NCBI GenBank assembly: GCA_041659405.1 | Contig: JBAZYK010000014.1 | Span: 1,165-33,164 of the forward strand | Length of the DNA stretch: 32,000 bases | Direction: 5' to 3' | Origin: Candidatus Altimarinota bacterium | Lineage (GTDB): Bacteria > Patescibacteriota > Gracilibacteria > UBA1369 | Part shown: positions 7,192 to 15,417 of the stretch, piece by piece | Layout: the number at the start of each line of letters is the position of its first letter | Numbering within the stretch: position 1 is the first letter of the stretch | The notes under the pieces: generated by a model | Databases searched by the model: none | What the model saw: only the letters and a program-made list of their open reading frames with translations | Told to the model about the DNA's origin: nothing | Made by a program: the position numbers and the translations under genes

Positions 7192-9117
7192 CTATTTTTT
7201 CAACTTTCTGCGAATTTTTTGAATAGTCATAGAGGCCAGGCCGGATCCGGAAAGAATCCAAATCAATTCAGGGCCGTAATCATTCTGCCTTGGCATTGTT
7301 TCAAGTGAATCCAAAGCGGAAGCATGCAAATCATTAACTGTATTCAAAATATCTGCAGCCGTCTGTGGTAAAGAACTTACCTCGGAAGCAAAAGGAATTC
7401 CCGTTACAAAATCACTCTTCATTGAAGTTTCATTGCCGGCTTCATCAAAAGCGGTAACCGCAAAATAATATTGCTTGCCATTATCCAGATTTGGAACATA
7501 CCAGGTTGTGGAAGTATCTTTTGTATCCGCATAATCCTTAAGATCACTGGCATTATTACCAAAATATACACGATAATGCTTGATTACTGTATTTGGAGCG
7601 GTTAAGGCTTCCCATACCAGAACGACTTTTTTATCACCACCATAAGAGATAACGCCTGAAACCCTGCCGGCAAACTGTCCACCTTGTTGAGTTTGCTGCG
7701 TGCCCTGAGTCTGTTGTGATTCTTGGGTAGTCACGGTTTCCGTTACTGTTACCTGAGCTTTTCCTTTATATGAGCCCTCATTACCAAGTTGATCAACCAA
7801 AATAACATCAACCGGATAAGCGCCTGCAACATTGGGAGCCTGAATAGAGGCAATATAATGCCCCGGCTTATCCAAACTTGGATTCAAAGAAATGATATCC
7901 GAATTGAACACCGCGGCCGACTGAGACAAGTTTTCCTCACTTAATACATCAAGACTTATAGCCTGTCCGGGTTTTACATTATCGGCAGGAGTAAGTGTAA
8001 TTTGATCAACGGTTGGAGGAGTTGTATCAATTGTAATTTGCACAGGATCGGAAGTGCCCTGAATAGTTTGATTTTGATCCAAAGCCACTACATAAAACTT
8101 GTGAGCCCCATCAATAAGTGGAATGGTTTGATAGGTGAATTTACCGGTATTATCCGCCTGAACAGTTCCCATTTCTTGCTGATTATCAAAAATCTTAACT
8201 GTATAGCTAGCAGGAGCGGAACCTGTAATAGATTGATTTTTTTGACTAAAACTGCCGGCAACCGGAGTAGTAATTAACGGCTTGGATAAATTTTGCTGTG
8301 AACCCTGTTGTCCTTGATTACCAACTGTAACGGTAGCAGTTCCCTTTAAAAGAACATTACTTAAATCATTAACATTTACTTTGTAAGTTCCATTCGAGGT
8401 AAAACTTAAACCCAAACTAAATTGATGAACACCCAAATCACTTGCCTTAAAAGTGTAATCTACCGGCAAAGAAACATTATTGCTGTTATCACCTCCAGCT
8501 GAAAAATGAACCGTACCAACATAATCTTGAACAGTCTGATTAGAGGAATCCTGAGCAGTTATCTTAAAACTAACATTCTGACCGGACTGAATACTTACCG
8601 GAAAATCAGAAATTTGGAATTGACTCAACGCGCCAAAATCAGCAGCCTGAGCCACATTAATAAAATTGAAGTCACCACCGACATCTTGCATATATTGCTG
8701 AGAAGACAAAAAAGCGACCTGAGGTCTTTGATCAAGCACAACATTCGCAGTAGAATCAATTACGCTAAAGATAGAAACACCCTTATCCAAAGAAGAAACG
8801 GCAAAACTGGTTTTACCGGATCTATCCGAAATACCGGCAAAACTCAAAGCTTTGATTACATCATTGTTTCTGCTGGAAACGAGTGTTACAGCATGTCCGG
8901 GATACGGAGTGCCAAAAGCATCCATTAGTTGAACCTGGAGCGTTGCTGAGTCCCTGCCATCGTTTTGAATAACAGTTCTACTTACGGTAACGTTCGATTT
9001 TTGAGCTGAAACGGCACTAACGGTAACCTGGCCACTGGATGCCAAAGCCACATAAGGGGTCAAAAACATCAGAATAGTTGTTGCTGAAGCCAAAAATTTA
9101 GATATTTGTTTTTTCAT
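7192..9117 (-). CDS. Secreted, membrane-anchored surface protein with bacterial Ig-like (Big) domains and a fibronectin type III domain
   Basis: 641 aa. Signal peptide MKKQISKFLASATTILMFLTPYVALA. Invasin/Big_1-like segment VTVSRTVIQNDGRDSATLQVQLMDAFGTPYPGHAVTL. Ig-like domain ending in ITIDTTPPTV. FN3-like segment VLVWEALTAPNTVIKHYRVYFG...GKQYYFAVTAFDEAGNETS. C-terminal TM plus basic tail LIWILSGSGLASMTIQKIRRKLKK. Confidence 0.75.
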   Translation of the reverse strand: MKKQISKFLASATTILMFLTPYVALASSGQVTVSAVSAQKSNVTVSRTVIQNDGRDSATLQVQLMDAFGTPYPGHAVTLVSSRNNDVIKALSFAGISDRSGKTSFAVSSLDKGVSIFSVIDSTANVVLDQRPQVAFLSSQQYMQDVGGDFNFINVAQAADFGALSQFQISDFPVSIQSGQNVSFKITAQDSSNQTVQDYVGTVHFSAGGDNSNNVSLPVDYTFKASDLGVHQFSLGLSFTSNGTYKVNVNDLSNVLLKGTATVTVGNQGQQGSQQNLSKPLITTPVAGSFSQKNQSITGSAPASYTVKIFDNQQEMGTVQADNTGKFTYQTIPLIDGAHKFYVVALDQNQTIQGTSDPVQITIDTTPPTVDQITLTPADNVKPGQAISLDVLSEENLSQSAAVFNSDIISLNPSLDKPGHYIASIQAPNVAGAYPVDVILVDQLGNEGSYKGKAQVTVTETVTTQESQQTQGTQQTQQGGQFAGRVSGVISYGGDKKVVLVWEALTAPNTVIKHYRVYFGNNASDLKDYADTKDTSTTWYVPNLDNGKQYYFAVTAFDEAGNETSMKSDFVTGIPFASEVSSLPQTAADILNTVNDLHASALDSLETMPRQNDYGPELIWILSGSGLASMTIQKIRRKLKK

Positions 9118-9141
9118 AATGTGAGTTTTATAAATCTTTAC

Positions 9142-9150
9142 ATTATAGCA
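9142..9150 (-). promoter_or_regulatory. Extended -10 promoter element for the surface-protein gene
   Basis: The minus strand reads TGCTATAAT (TGn + TATAAT) 24 nt upstream of the ATG at 9117. A weak TTGTTT lies 17 nt upstream, inside the queA 3' end. Confidence 0.35.
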
Positions 9151-9159
9151 GAAAACCGC

Positions 9160-10179
9160 CTAAAAAACAAACATGGCATCACCAAAACTATAGAAACGAT
9201 ACTTTCTTCTTATAGCTTCATCATAAGCTTTCAGGGTAAAATCCTTCCCGGCAAAGGAAGAAACCAGTAGCAGCAGCGAACTTTGAGGCAGATGGAAATT
9301 GGTTATCATCCCCCTAACACATTTCCATTCATACCCGGGATAAATAAAAATACTGGTCTTTTGAAGACCGGTCGCAAAGCCGGTTTTTTGGTCAAAAGCA
9401 CTTTCCAGAACCCTAACGGAAGTAGTTCCCACAGCCACAATCCTGCGTCCTTCCTGCTGCGCCTTAAAAAGACGCCCGGCCGTTCCATCATCAATTTCAA
9501 AAAACTCCTCGTGCATTTTATGTTCTTCAATTTTTGGAACCTTAATTGGCAAAAAAGTACCAAGTCCAACATGCAAAGTCACAAATTCCAGCTGGATCCC
9601 CTTATTTTTCAGCTTGGCCAAGAGCTCTTCCGTAAAATGCAAACCGGCCGTTGGCGCCGCCACACTCCCATGTTTATCCGCATAAACGGTTTGATAATCA
9701 GCAAAACTCGCCTGAGGATTTTTAATATATGGCGGAAAGGGAGGTAATCCAACCTTAAAAAGTTCACTCTCTAGATCCGCGCCATTAAGCGAAAAAGCCA
9801 CCAGGCGCTGTCCATCTTCCAGAATATCTTCAACCACAAAAGACAAATTTTCATTGATTTTAAATTCCGCCCCTTGCTTTAAAACCTTTCCGGGCTTGGC
9901 TAAAACAAACCAACGCTGATGATCTTTCTGTCTAATCAGGAAAATTTCCAGCGTTCTTTCTCCACGTTTAAACAAAATTCTGGCAGGAATAACCTTGGAA
10001 TTATTAAAAACCAAAACATCACCGGGATTCAAATAATCTAAAATATCATAAAAATGCTTATGCTCAATTTGCCGTTTAGCACTATCAAGAACCATTAATT
10101 TACAAGAATCTCTGGGTGTAGCCGGCTTTTGCGCAATCAGCTCCGGCGGCAAGCAATAGTCAAAATCCTTTAAGAACAT
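9160..10179 (-). CDS. queA: S-adenosylmethionine:tRNA ribosyltransferase-isomerase
   Basis: 339 aa. FDYCLPPELIAQKPATPRDSCKLMV N-terminus, AAPTAGLHFT, VGTTSVRVLES. Confidence 0.93.
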   Translation of the reverse strand: MFLKDFDYCLPPELIAQKPATPRDSCKLMVLDSAKRQIEHKHFYDILDYLNPGDVLVFNNSKVIPARILFKRGERTLEIFLIRQKDHQRWFVLAKPGKVLKQGAEFKINENLSFVVEDILEDGQRLVAFSLNGADLESELFKVGLPPFPPYIKNPQASFADYQTVYADKHGSVAAPTAGLHFTEELLAKLKNKGIQLEFVTLHVGLGTFLPIKVPKIEEHKMHEEFFEIDDGTAGRLFKAQQEGRRIVAVGTTSVRVLESAFDQKTGFATGLQKTSIFIYPGYEWKCVRGMITNFHLPQSSLLLLVSSFAGKDFTLKAYDEAIRRKYRFYSFGDAMFVF

Positions 10180-10181
10180 AA

Positions 10182-11375
10182 TTATAAAATTGATTTCTCT
10201 TTATCATTAGCTGCAGGAACTTGTGGCTCCGCCATATCACTCCAGCTGGTCGAATTTTTAACAGCTGTTTCGATTGTGTCTTTAGAGCCGCTAAAACGAA
10301 TCGCCATCAAAGTCACATCGTCTTCCTGAACATGATCCTGAACAAATCTGGAAAAATCACGTGCAACATGAAACACAATTCCTTCAGGGCCATATTGCGG
10401 CGCATAAAGTTGAATTGCCTGCTTTAATCTATCCAGTCCAAACATTTCACCGGCCATATTTCTGGCTTCTGTAAGACCATCACTGTAAAGAATAATCACG
10501 TCATCTTTCATCAATGGAAGCGTAACTTCTTTCACGATTTTGCTGTTATCGGCAACCATTCCAAGAGCAATACCACCGGCCATTTTATCTTCACATTCTC
10601 CTTTGTGGGCTCTGTAAACAAGCAAATGCTCGTGACCGGCTCCCACATAACTCATTGTTTGAGTAGTCGAATTCCATTTCAACATCAACATCGTCATGAA
10701 CATGGTTGACTTGATTCTGGCCTTTAATTGGCGGTTTGTTTGAACCACAACATCATAAGCACTATCATAAACATCAACCAAAGTATGAATCAGCGTATTC
10801 ACCATCATCATGATCAAAGCCGCAGGAACTCCATGTCCGGTCACATCTCCAATGTAAATAAAAGTATTATCTTTATTAGTTATGAAATCGAAATTATCAC
10901 CACCAAGCTCAACAGCCGGCCTTGTTTTGGCTACAATGTCCAATCCCGCAATGTGTGGCGCGGCAGTCGGCAAAATCTCTTTTTGAATCTGCCCGGCAAT
11001 TTCCAGCTCACCCATCATGCGTTTTCCTTCACGCAGTTGATTGGAGATTTTTTCAAAATTTCTGGTAACTTCATTAAAAAAATGAGCGATAACCCCAATT
11101 TCATCAATCCTTTTACTAAAGAATCTTTTGTATTCTTTTCCCATTAACAAAGCCCTGATTTCATTTAAAATAACGTTCATTGGTCTGACAAACTCATACC
11201 AGTAAACAAGCAGGAAATAAGCCAAAAAGAAGACAAGCACCCCGGCAAAAGTAACCAGACTTATATTTTGATAATTCTGAGAAAAAAAGTAATAAACTAT
11301 TACAGCGGCCAACACTGTAAAAAGAATAAAATAGTTAAATACTTTCCAAAGGATGCTTTTTCTGAAGAAATTCAT
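10182..11375 (-). CDS. Membrane-bound HAMP-domain PP2C/SpoIIE-family serine phosphatase (RsbU-like)
   Basis: 397 aa. Two N-terminal TM helices and a HAMP-like linker (RIDEIGVIAHFFNEVTRNF). PP2C motifs GGDNFDF, GDVTGHGVPAAL, LYSDGLTEA, DDVTLMAI. Confidence 0.85.
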   Translation of the reverse strand: MNFFRKSILWKVFNYFILFTVLAAVIVYYFFSQNYQNISLVTFAGVLVFFLAYFLLVYWYEFVRPMNVILNEIRALLMGKEYKRFFSKRIDEIGVIAHFFNEVTRNFEKISNQLREGKRMMGELEIAGQIQKEILPTAAPHIAGLDIVAKTRPAVELGGDNFDFITNKDNTFIYIGDVTGHGVPAALIMMMVNTLIHTLVDVYDSAYDVVVQTNRQLKARIKSTMFMTMLMLKWNSTTQTMSYVGAGHEHLLVYRAHKGECEDKMAGGIALGMVADNSKIVKEVTLPLMKDDVIILYSDGLTEARNMAGEMFGLDRLKQAIQLYAPQYGPEGIVFHVARDFSRFVQDHVQEDDVTLMAIRFSGSKDTIETAVKNSTSWSDMAEPQVPAANDKEKSIL

Positions 11376-11384
11376 AAAAATAAA

Positions 11385-11753
11385 TTAAGCTCCGATTTTT
11401 TCCACAAACTGGTTTAAAGTATCATAGTAAGTAACCACTGAAAAAAGACCAATTACCTGAAAAATATCTTTAACATTAGCCTTGGCATTAACAACAACCA
11501 AAGCCTTTCCGGTTTTAACCAAATGTGAATGGATAGCCATTAAAAAGCCAATACTTTCACTGTTGATATAATCCAAAGCACCAAAATCAAAAACCAGATA
11601 TTGCAAACTGTAATTTTCGATTAAGGCCTCAAGTTTGCCCTTAACTTCGGTCAAACCGGCTTTATCCATTTCACCACGGAATTCCACCACCTGATATTTA
11701 TTTAAAGGCGGAACAATTTGAATAGTTAGATTTTCTGCTGAATAGTCACTCAT
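11385..11753 (-). CDS. STAS-domain anti-sigma-factor-antagonist-like protein (RsbV/SpoIIAA-like), copy 1
   Basis: 122-aa single STAS domain. LVFDFGALDYINSESIGFL keeps a Ser at the position phosphorylated in SpoIIAA (FMDSSGLG). Confidence 0.8.
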   Translation of the reverse strand: MSDYSAENLTIQIVPPLNKYQVVEFRGEMDKAGLTEVKGKLEALIENYSLQYLVFDFGALDYINSESIGFLMAIHSHLVKTGKALVVVNAKANVKDIFQVIGLFSVVTYYDTLNQFVEKIGA

Positions 11754-11768
11754 ATTTAAAAAATTAAA

Positions 11769-14189
11769 TTATACAGGCTCTAATACTTGAGCATTTTGAA
11801 TTAAAGAAGTAGAAGCAATTTCAATTTCGGAAGATTTTCTTTTCTCTAAAATATCATCAATCAACTGTGCTTCATGATAAGCCTCCAGACAAAGATAGGC
11901 TTCTTTAAGCTTAAATAACAATTCAGAGTCGGCACTTTGCAATAAAGAATTCATATTGGGTGACTTGAAAAACAAATGATGTAATTTTACCGAAATTTCT
12001 TTTTGTAATACCGAAACCATGACCATCTGCAAGTCTGGACTCAACTCATGCAAAAGTTCACGCGTCTTGGCTAAGACTACTGAATTTTTCCCCAAAAGTA
12101 AATGAGCAAGATAGCTTCCGGCTTCCCGATAACCCAATTTCAAAAGCGAACAGGAGGCATACAATCGCAACTCCGGATTGGAAACGGTAAGATAGGGGAT
12201 TAATTCGTTCCTTCCCTCGCCAATATCTCCGGCAATCGAACACGCAGCGACCTGATCGTTGAAAGAAATCGATCTCAACATAAAATAAAAAATCTTCTTC
12301 AACCTGGTGCGCAACTTTTTAAATTGCCAAAGCGTCACCAACGCCTGCGCTCTAACAAAAGCATCCCCGGCGTGCAAATAAGGCTCAACATAATAAATAA
12401 TATTCGGATCATTAAATAACTCGCAAGCACGAATGGAAGCAGCCTGCAATTTAGGCCCGGAATTCTTTAAAATATCCAACAAAAAAGGAACAATTTCCGG
12501 ATCACGAAAATGCGCCAAAGTTTTAATAATCGCAGTTTGAATTTGTTCATTTGGCTTTTCTGCAAACAATTTCTTTAGTTCATCAATAACCCTGTATCTG
12601 GCAAAAGACTGTTTAAGCATATATTTCTTCAACCGAGGAAATGCTTCTAAAGCCTTTATTGCAGCCAATACTAGATGTTGATCCTTGGAATTAAGAAAGT
12701 GCAAAATATCGGGGATATTTTCAATATTTCCAATCTTCCCAAGCATTTGTAGAATTTTGACCTTGATCAAGGTATCCTCGGAACTCTTATGTAAAGCCTT
12801 AACCAAAATAGGAGCGGCATTTTTATGGCCCTGTTGAGACAAAATTTCAATTGCATGCAGTTTTGAAATGGCATTTTCACCAATCGAAAGATTATTTTGA
12901 GCAAGCTTTGTATAACGATTTTGAAGTCTGAATGTAAGAACCACCATTGCCAGTGCCAAAGTCACAAAGCTCAATTGTATGAGCAAAGACGCATCTTTTT
13001 CCAGAAAAAACCATTGAATAAACAAAAGCATGACTGTTCCAATGATAGTTCCAAGTGGCAATAAAAGTGCTTCAAAAAGCTCTCTTACCTGGCGTTGTGT
13101 CCCATGCTTTAAGGCATAATAAGAAGCCTCATAGGCATTCCTGTTTATTACACCGGAAATCTCAAAATTATTCTTTGCCAAGATCGTAGTAAAAGTTCCA
13201 AACCCAAAAAATAAAGATAAAGCGCTAAAAAACGTCATCAAGGCATGAATCATAAAACTGGCCACAGTACCATATTTTTTCAAGATTCTACTTGCAACAA
13301 ATAACTGAACAAAAAGCGCGCAGGCATTAAACAAGATATAAAAAGACGCCAATCCCTGAGTCAGCCCTTCTTCCTGAGCAGCCTCCGTTTGAACGCCATG
13401 CAATCCACCTTCAATCACGTTAGTATATTGATACTCAAGCAGATGGGCAATAATCCATTGTAAAAGGAAAATCACAAATAAAGATTGTAGAAAAGGAACA
13501 GACCGCAAATGAGTTACCGCAGACTTAAATTCCCTAAAACGTTCCACCAAGAATGGCTTTTCTGAAACCTTTTTAGCATGAATGATATGATGATAAGAAG
13601 AAACTTTTGGTTGCAAAAACAAAGTAACACTTACCAGTAAAAATAAGAAAAATGTCCAAATATAGAGTAATTTAACCGGTTGAACAAACATGGTTAAACT
13701 GGCAGCCAACAAACCCGCAAAGATACCACCAAGCGTTTCCGAAGAATCAATAATCGGGGAGATTCTTTCACATTCCAATGGCGAGAAAAAGTCCTCCAGA
13801 TAGTTCGAAATAAATATTGTTAATTGAGGAACAAAAATACCAAAAGTAAGCAACAAAAAAGCAAAGAATATAAAAACATGATTCAAAAACAAAGTCGCAA
13901 CAAACAATAACGAGCCGGAAATCAGAGCACACATAACAATAAGGCTCCTAACCGATAAATGCTCATGTAGAAAAGCAAACAAGAACATTCCCAAAATATT
14001 TAAAAGAGCCTGGATCAAGAAAAGATAGGGGAGCGAAGTGATCGAAAATCTTGTAACAAACATGGCTGTTAAAACCGTCCAGCCAATCACAAACCCCACA
14101 CGATGCAAAAACTTCACAAACCAGGCGTAAGCCGTTCTTGGCAATTCGTGAGGAGAAATATTAAAGATTTTTTCAATAAGTTTTAGCAT
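11769..14189 (-). CDS. Polytopic transporter-like membrane domain (MFS or NTT/TLC-like) fused to a C-terminal HEAT-repeat domain
   Basis: 806 aa. The first ~430 residues are almost entirely hydrophobic helices. The C-terminal half consists of HEAT/PBS-lyase-like repeats (AAPILVKALHKSSEDTLIKVKILQMLGKIG, DQHLVLAAIKALEAF, PEIVPFLLDILKNSGPKLQAASIRACE). The membrane-domain family is assigned from the architecture, not from a search. Confidence 0.6.
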   Translation of the reverse strand: MLKLIEKIFNISPHELPRTAYAWFVKFLHRVGFVIGWTVLTAMFVTRFSITSLPYLFLIQALLNILGMFLFAFLHEHLSVRSLIVMCALISGSLLFVATLFLNHVFIFFAFLLLTFGIFVPQLTIFISNYLEDFFSPLECERISPIIDSSETLGGIFAGLLAASLTMFVQPVKLLYIWTFFLFLLVSVTLFLQPKVSSYHHIIHAKKVSEKPFLVERFREFKSAVTHLRSVPFLQSLFVIFLLQWIIAHLLEYQYTNVIEGGLHGVQTEAAQEEGLTQGLASFYILFNACALFVQLFVASRILKKYGTVASFMIHALMTFFSALSLFFGFGTFTTILAKNNFEISGVINRNAYEASYYALKHGTQRQVRELFEALLLPLGTIIGTVMLLFIQWFFLEKDASLLIQLSFVTLALAMVVLTFRLQNRYTKLAQNNLSIGENAISKLHAIEILSQQGHKNAAPILVKALHKSSEDTLIKVKILQMLGKIGNIENIPDILHFLNSKDQHLVLAAIKALEAFPRLKKYMLKQSFARYRVIDELKKLFAEKPNEQIQTAIIKTLAHFRDPEIVPFLLDILKNSGPKLQAASIRACELFNDPNIIYYVEPYLHAGDAFVRAQALVTLWQFKKLRTRLKKIFYFMLRSISFNDQVAACSIAGDIGEGRNELIPYLTVSNPELRLYASCSLLKLGYREAGSYLAHLLLGKNSVVLAKTRELLHELSPDLQMVMVSVLQKEISVKLHHLFFKSPNMNSLLQSADSELLFKLKEAYLCLEAYHEAQLIDDILEKRKSSEIEIASTSLIQNAQVLEPV

Positions 14190-14236
14190 TGTTTTTTATT
14201 TTTGAGTTTATTTTGAGCTTCTTCAATAATTAATAT

Positions 14237-14265
14237 ATTATAATACACAAGCGCAAATATAGCAA
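14237..14265 (-). promoter_or_regulatory. Sigma70-like promoter for the transporter-STAS-phosphatase operon
   Basis: The minus strand reads TTGCTA (14260-14265), 17-nt spacer, TATAAT (14237-14242), about 47 nt upstream of the ATG at 14189. Confidence 0.45.
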
Positions 14266-14310
14266 TGCTAAAGCCAAGCAGCGAAGCGTTCGCCAAGAAA
14301 TAATTCTCTC

Positions 14311-15417
14311 CTAAAACTTACCTTTATACCGAATATCCCCAACAATCAAAACATCCGGCCCAAACCTTTTAGTTTCAAGATTGATTAAATCTATACTTTT
14401 AGCCATTTTATTGATTCCAAGATCATTAACAAAGGGGATTCCTCCGCCAATAATCCTTGGCGCAATAAAAAAGTAACTTTTCTGAATCAGTCTCTCTTTC
14501 AAAAAAGCGGTAAAAAGCCCACCACCGGCCTCCAGCATAATTTTTCCAATATTTTTTTGGTATAAATCCTTAAGCAAATTTTTTAAAGGAATTCTCTCCC
14601 CGGGATAAACCAAAACCTCGATCCCTTTTTGCTTAAAAGCCTCAAATTTAACACCTTTAGCCACATTTGTAGCAACAATCACATTTTGATCACGATAAAC
14701 TTTGGCATCAAGACCGGTTTCAAGCCTGGAATCAATAATAATTCGCTTAGGATCTTTTCCCTTAACCATCCTCACTCCCAAATGCGAATCATCACTTAAA
14801 ACGGTTTTAGCCGACGTCACAATCGCATCCACCCAATTTCTCATTCTGTGAACTTCTTTTCGTGATTCCTCACCGGTAATCCATTTTGAATCTCCTGTAG
14901 CTGTCGCGATTTTTCCATCCAGCGTTATTGCCATTTTAGAGATAACAAACGGTGATTTATGCAGAACATTATGAATAAAAACCTCATTTAATTTCCGAGC
15001 TTCCTGCTCAAGCAGTCCAATTTCAACCTTTATTCCGGCTTTTTTTAACAACTCCATACCCTTTCCATTCACTAATTTAAACGGGTCACGCATGGCTATT
15101 TTAACGTGCTTAACACCTTTGTTGATCAAATAATTTGTACAAGGAGGAGTCTTCCCAAAGTGAGCACAAGGCTCCAAAGTAACATATAAAATTCCGCCTT
15201 TAATCTGTTGAGGTGATAACTTGGAAAGCGCCTCAACCTCTGCATGTGGCCGACCGGCTTTTTTATGATAACCTTCAGCAATAATTTTATTATTTTTCAC
15301 AAATACAGCCCCAACCATTGGATTAGGGAAAGTTCGCCCCCTGGCTTTTTCAGCAAGCACAAAAGCCCTTTGCATAAAAAGCCTGTCCTGTTTAGAAAAT
15401 TTATTAGACATAATCAA
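14311..15417 (-). CDS. ribD: Bifunctional riboflavin biosynthesis protein RibD (pyrimidine deaminase / uracil reductase)
   Basis: 368 aa. Deaminase zinc motifs HAEVEAL and TLEPCAHFGKTPPC, followed by a reductase-type C-terminal half. Confidence 0.92.
   Translation of the reverse strand: MIMSNKFSKQDRLFMQRAFVLAEKARGRTFPNPMVGAVFVKNNKIIAEGYHKKAGRPHAEVEALSKLSPQQIKGGILYVTLEPCAHFGKTPPCTNYLINKGVKHVKIAMRDPFKLVNGKGMELLKKAGIKVEIGLLEQEARKLNEVFIHNVLHKSPFVISKMAITLDGKIATATGDSKWITGEESRKEVHRMRNWVDAIVTSAKTVLSDDSHLGVRMVKGKDPKRIIIDSRLETGLDAKVYRDQNVIVATNVAKGVKFEAFKQKGIEVLVYPGERIPLKNLLKDLYQKNIGKIMLEAGGGLFTAFLKERLIQKSYFFIAPRIIGGGIPFVNDLGINKMAKSIDLINLETKRFGPDVLIVGDIRYKGKF

Noticed and set aside
7357-7371. LPQTA in the surface protein as a possible sortase (LPXTG-like) sorting motif
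   Set aside because: The motif lies about 35 residues upstream of the C-terminal TM helix, whereas genuine sorting signals place the helix directly after the motif. No sortase gene is in the window.
6073-11147. Long antisense ORFs inside cysS (6073..6357, 6493..6831), yggT (6838..7104), the surface protein (8002..8277, 8506..8928), queA (9283..9747) and the phosphatase (10728..11147)
   Set aside because: Each lies fully within a strongly supported gene on the opposite strand. Their products are low-complexity (I/N/K/F/S/R-rich) with no motifs, which is typical of shadow ORFs in AT-rich DNA.
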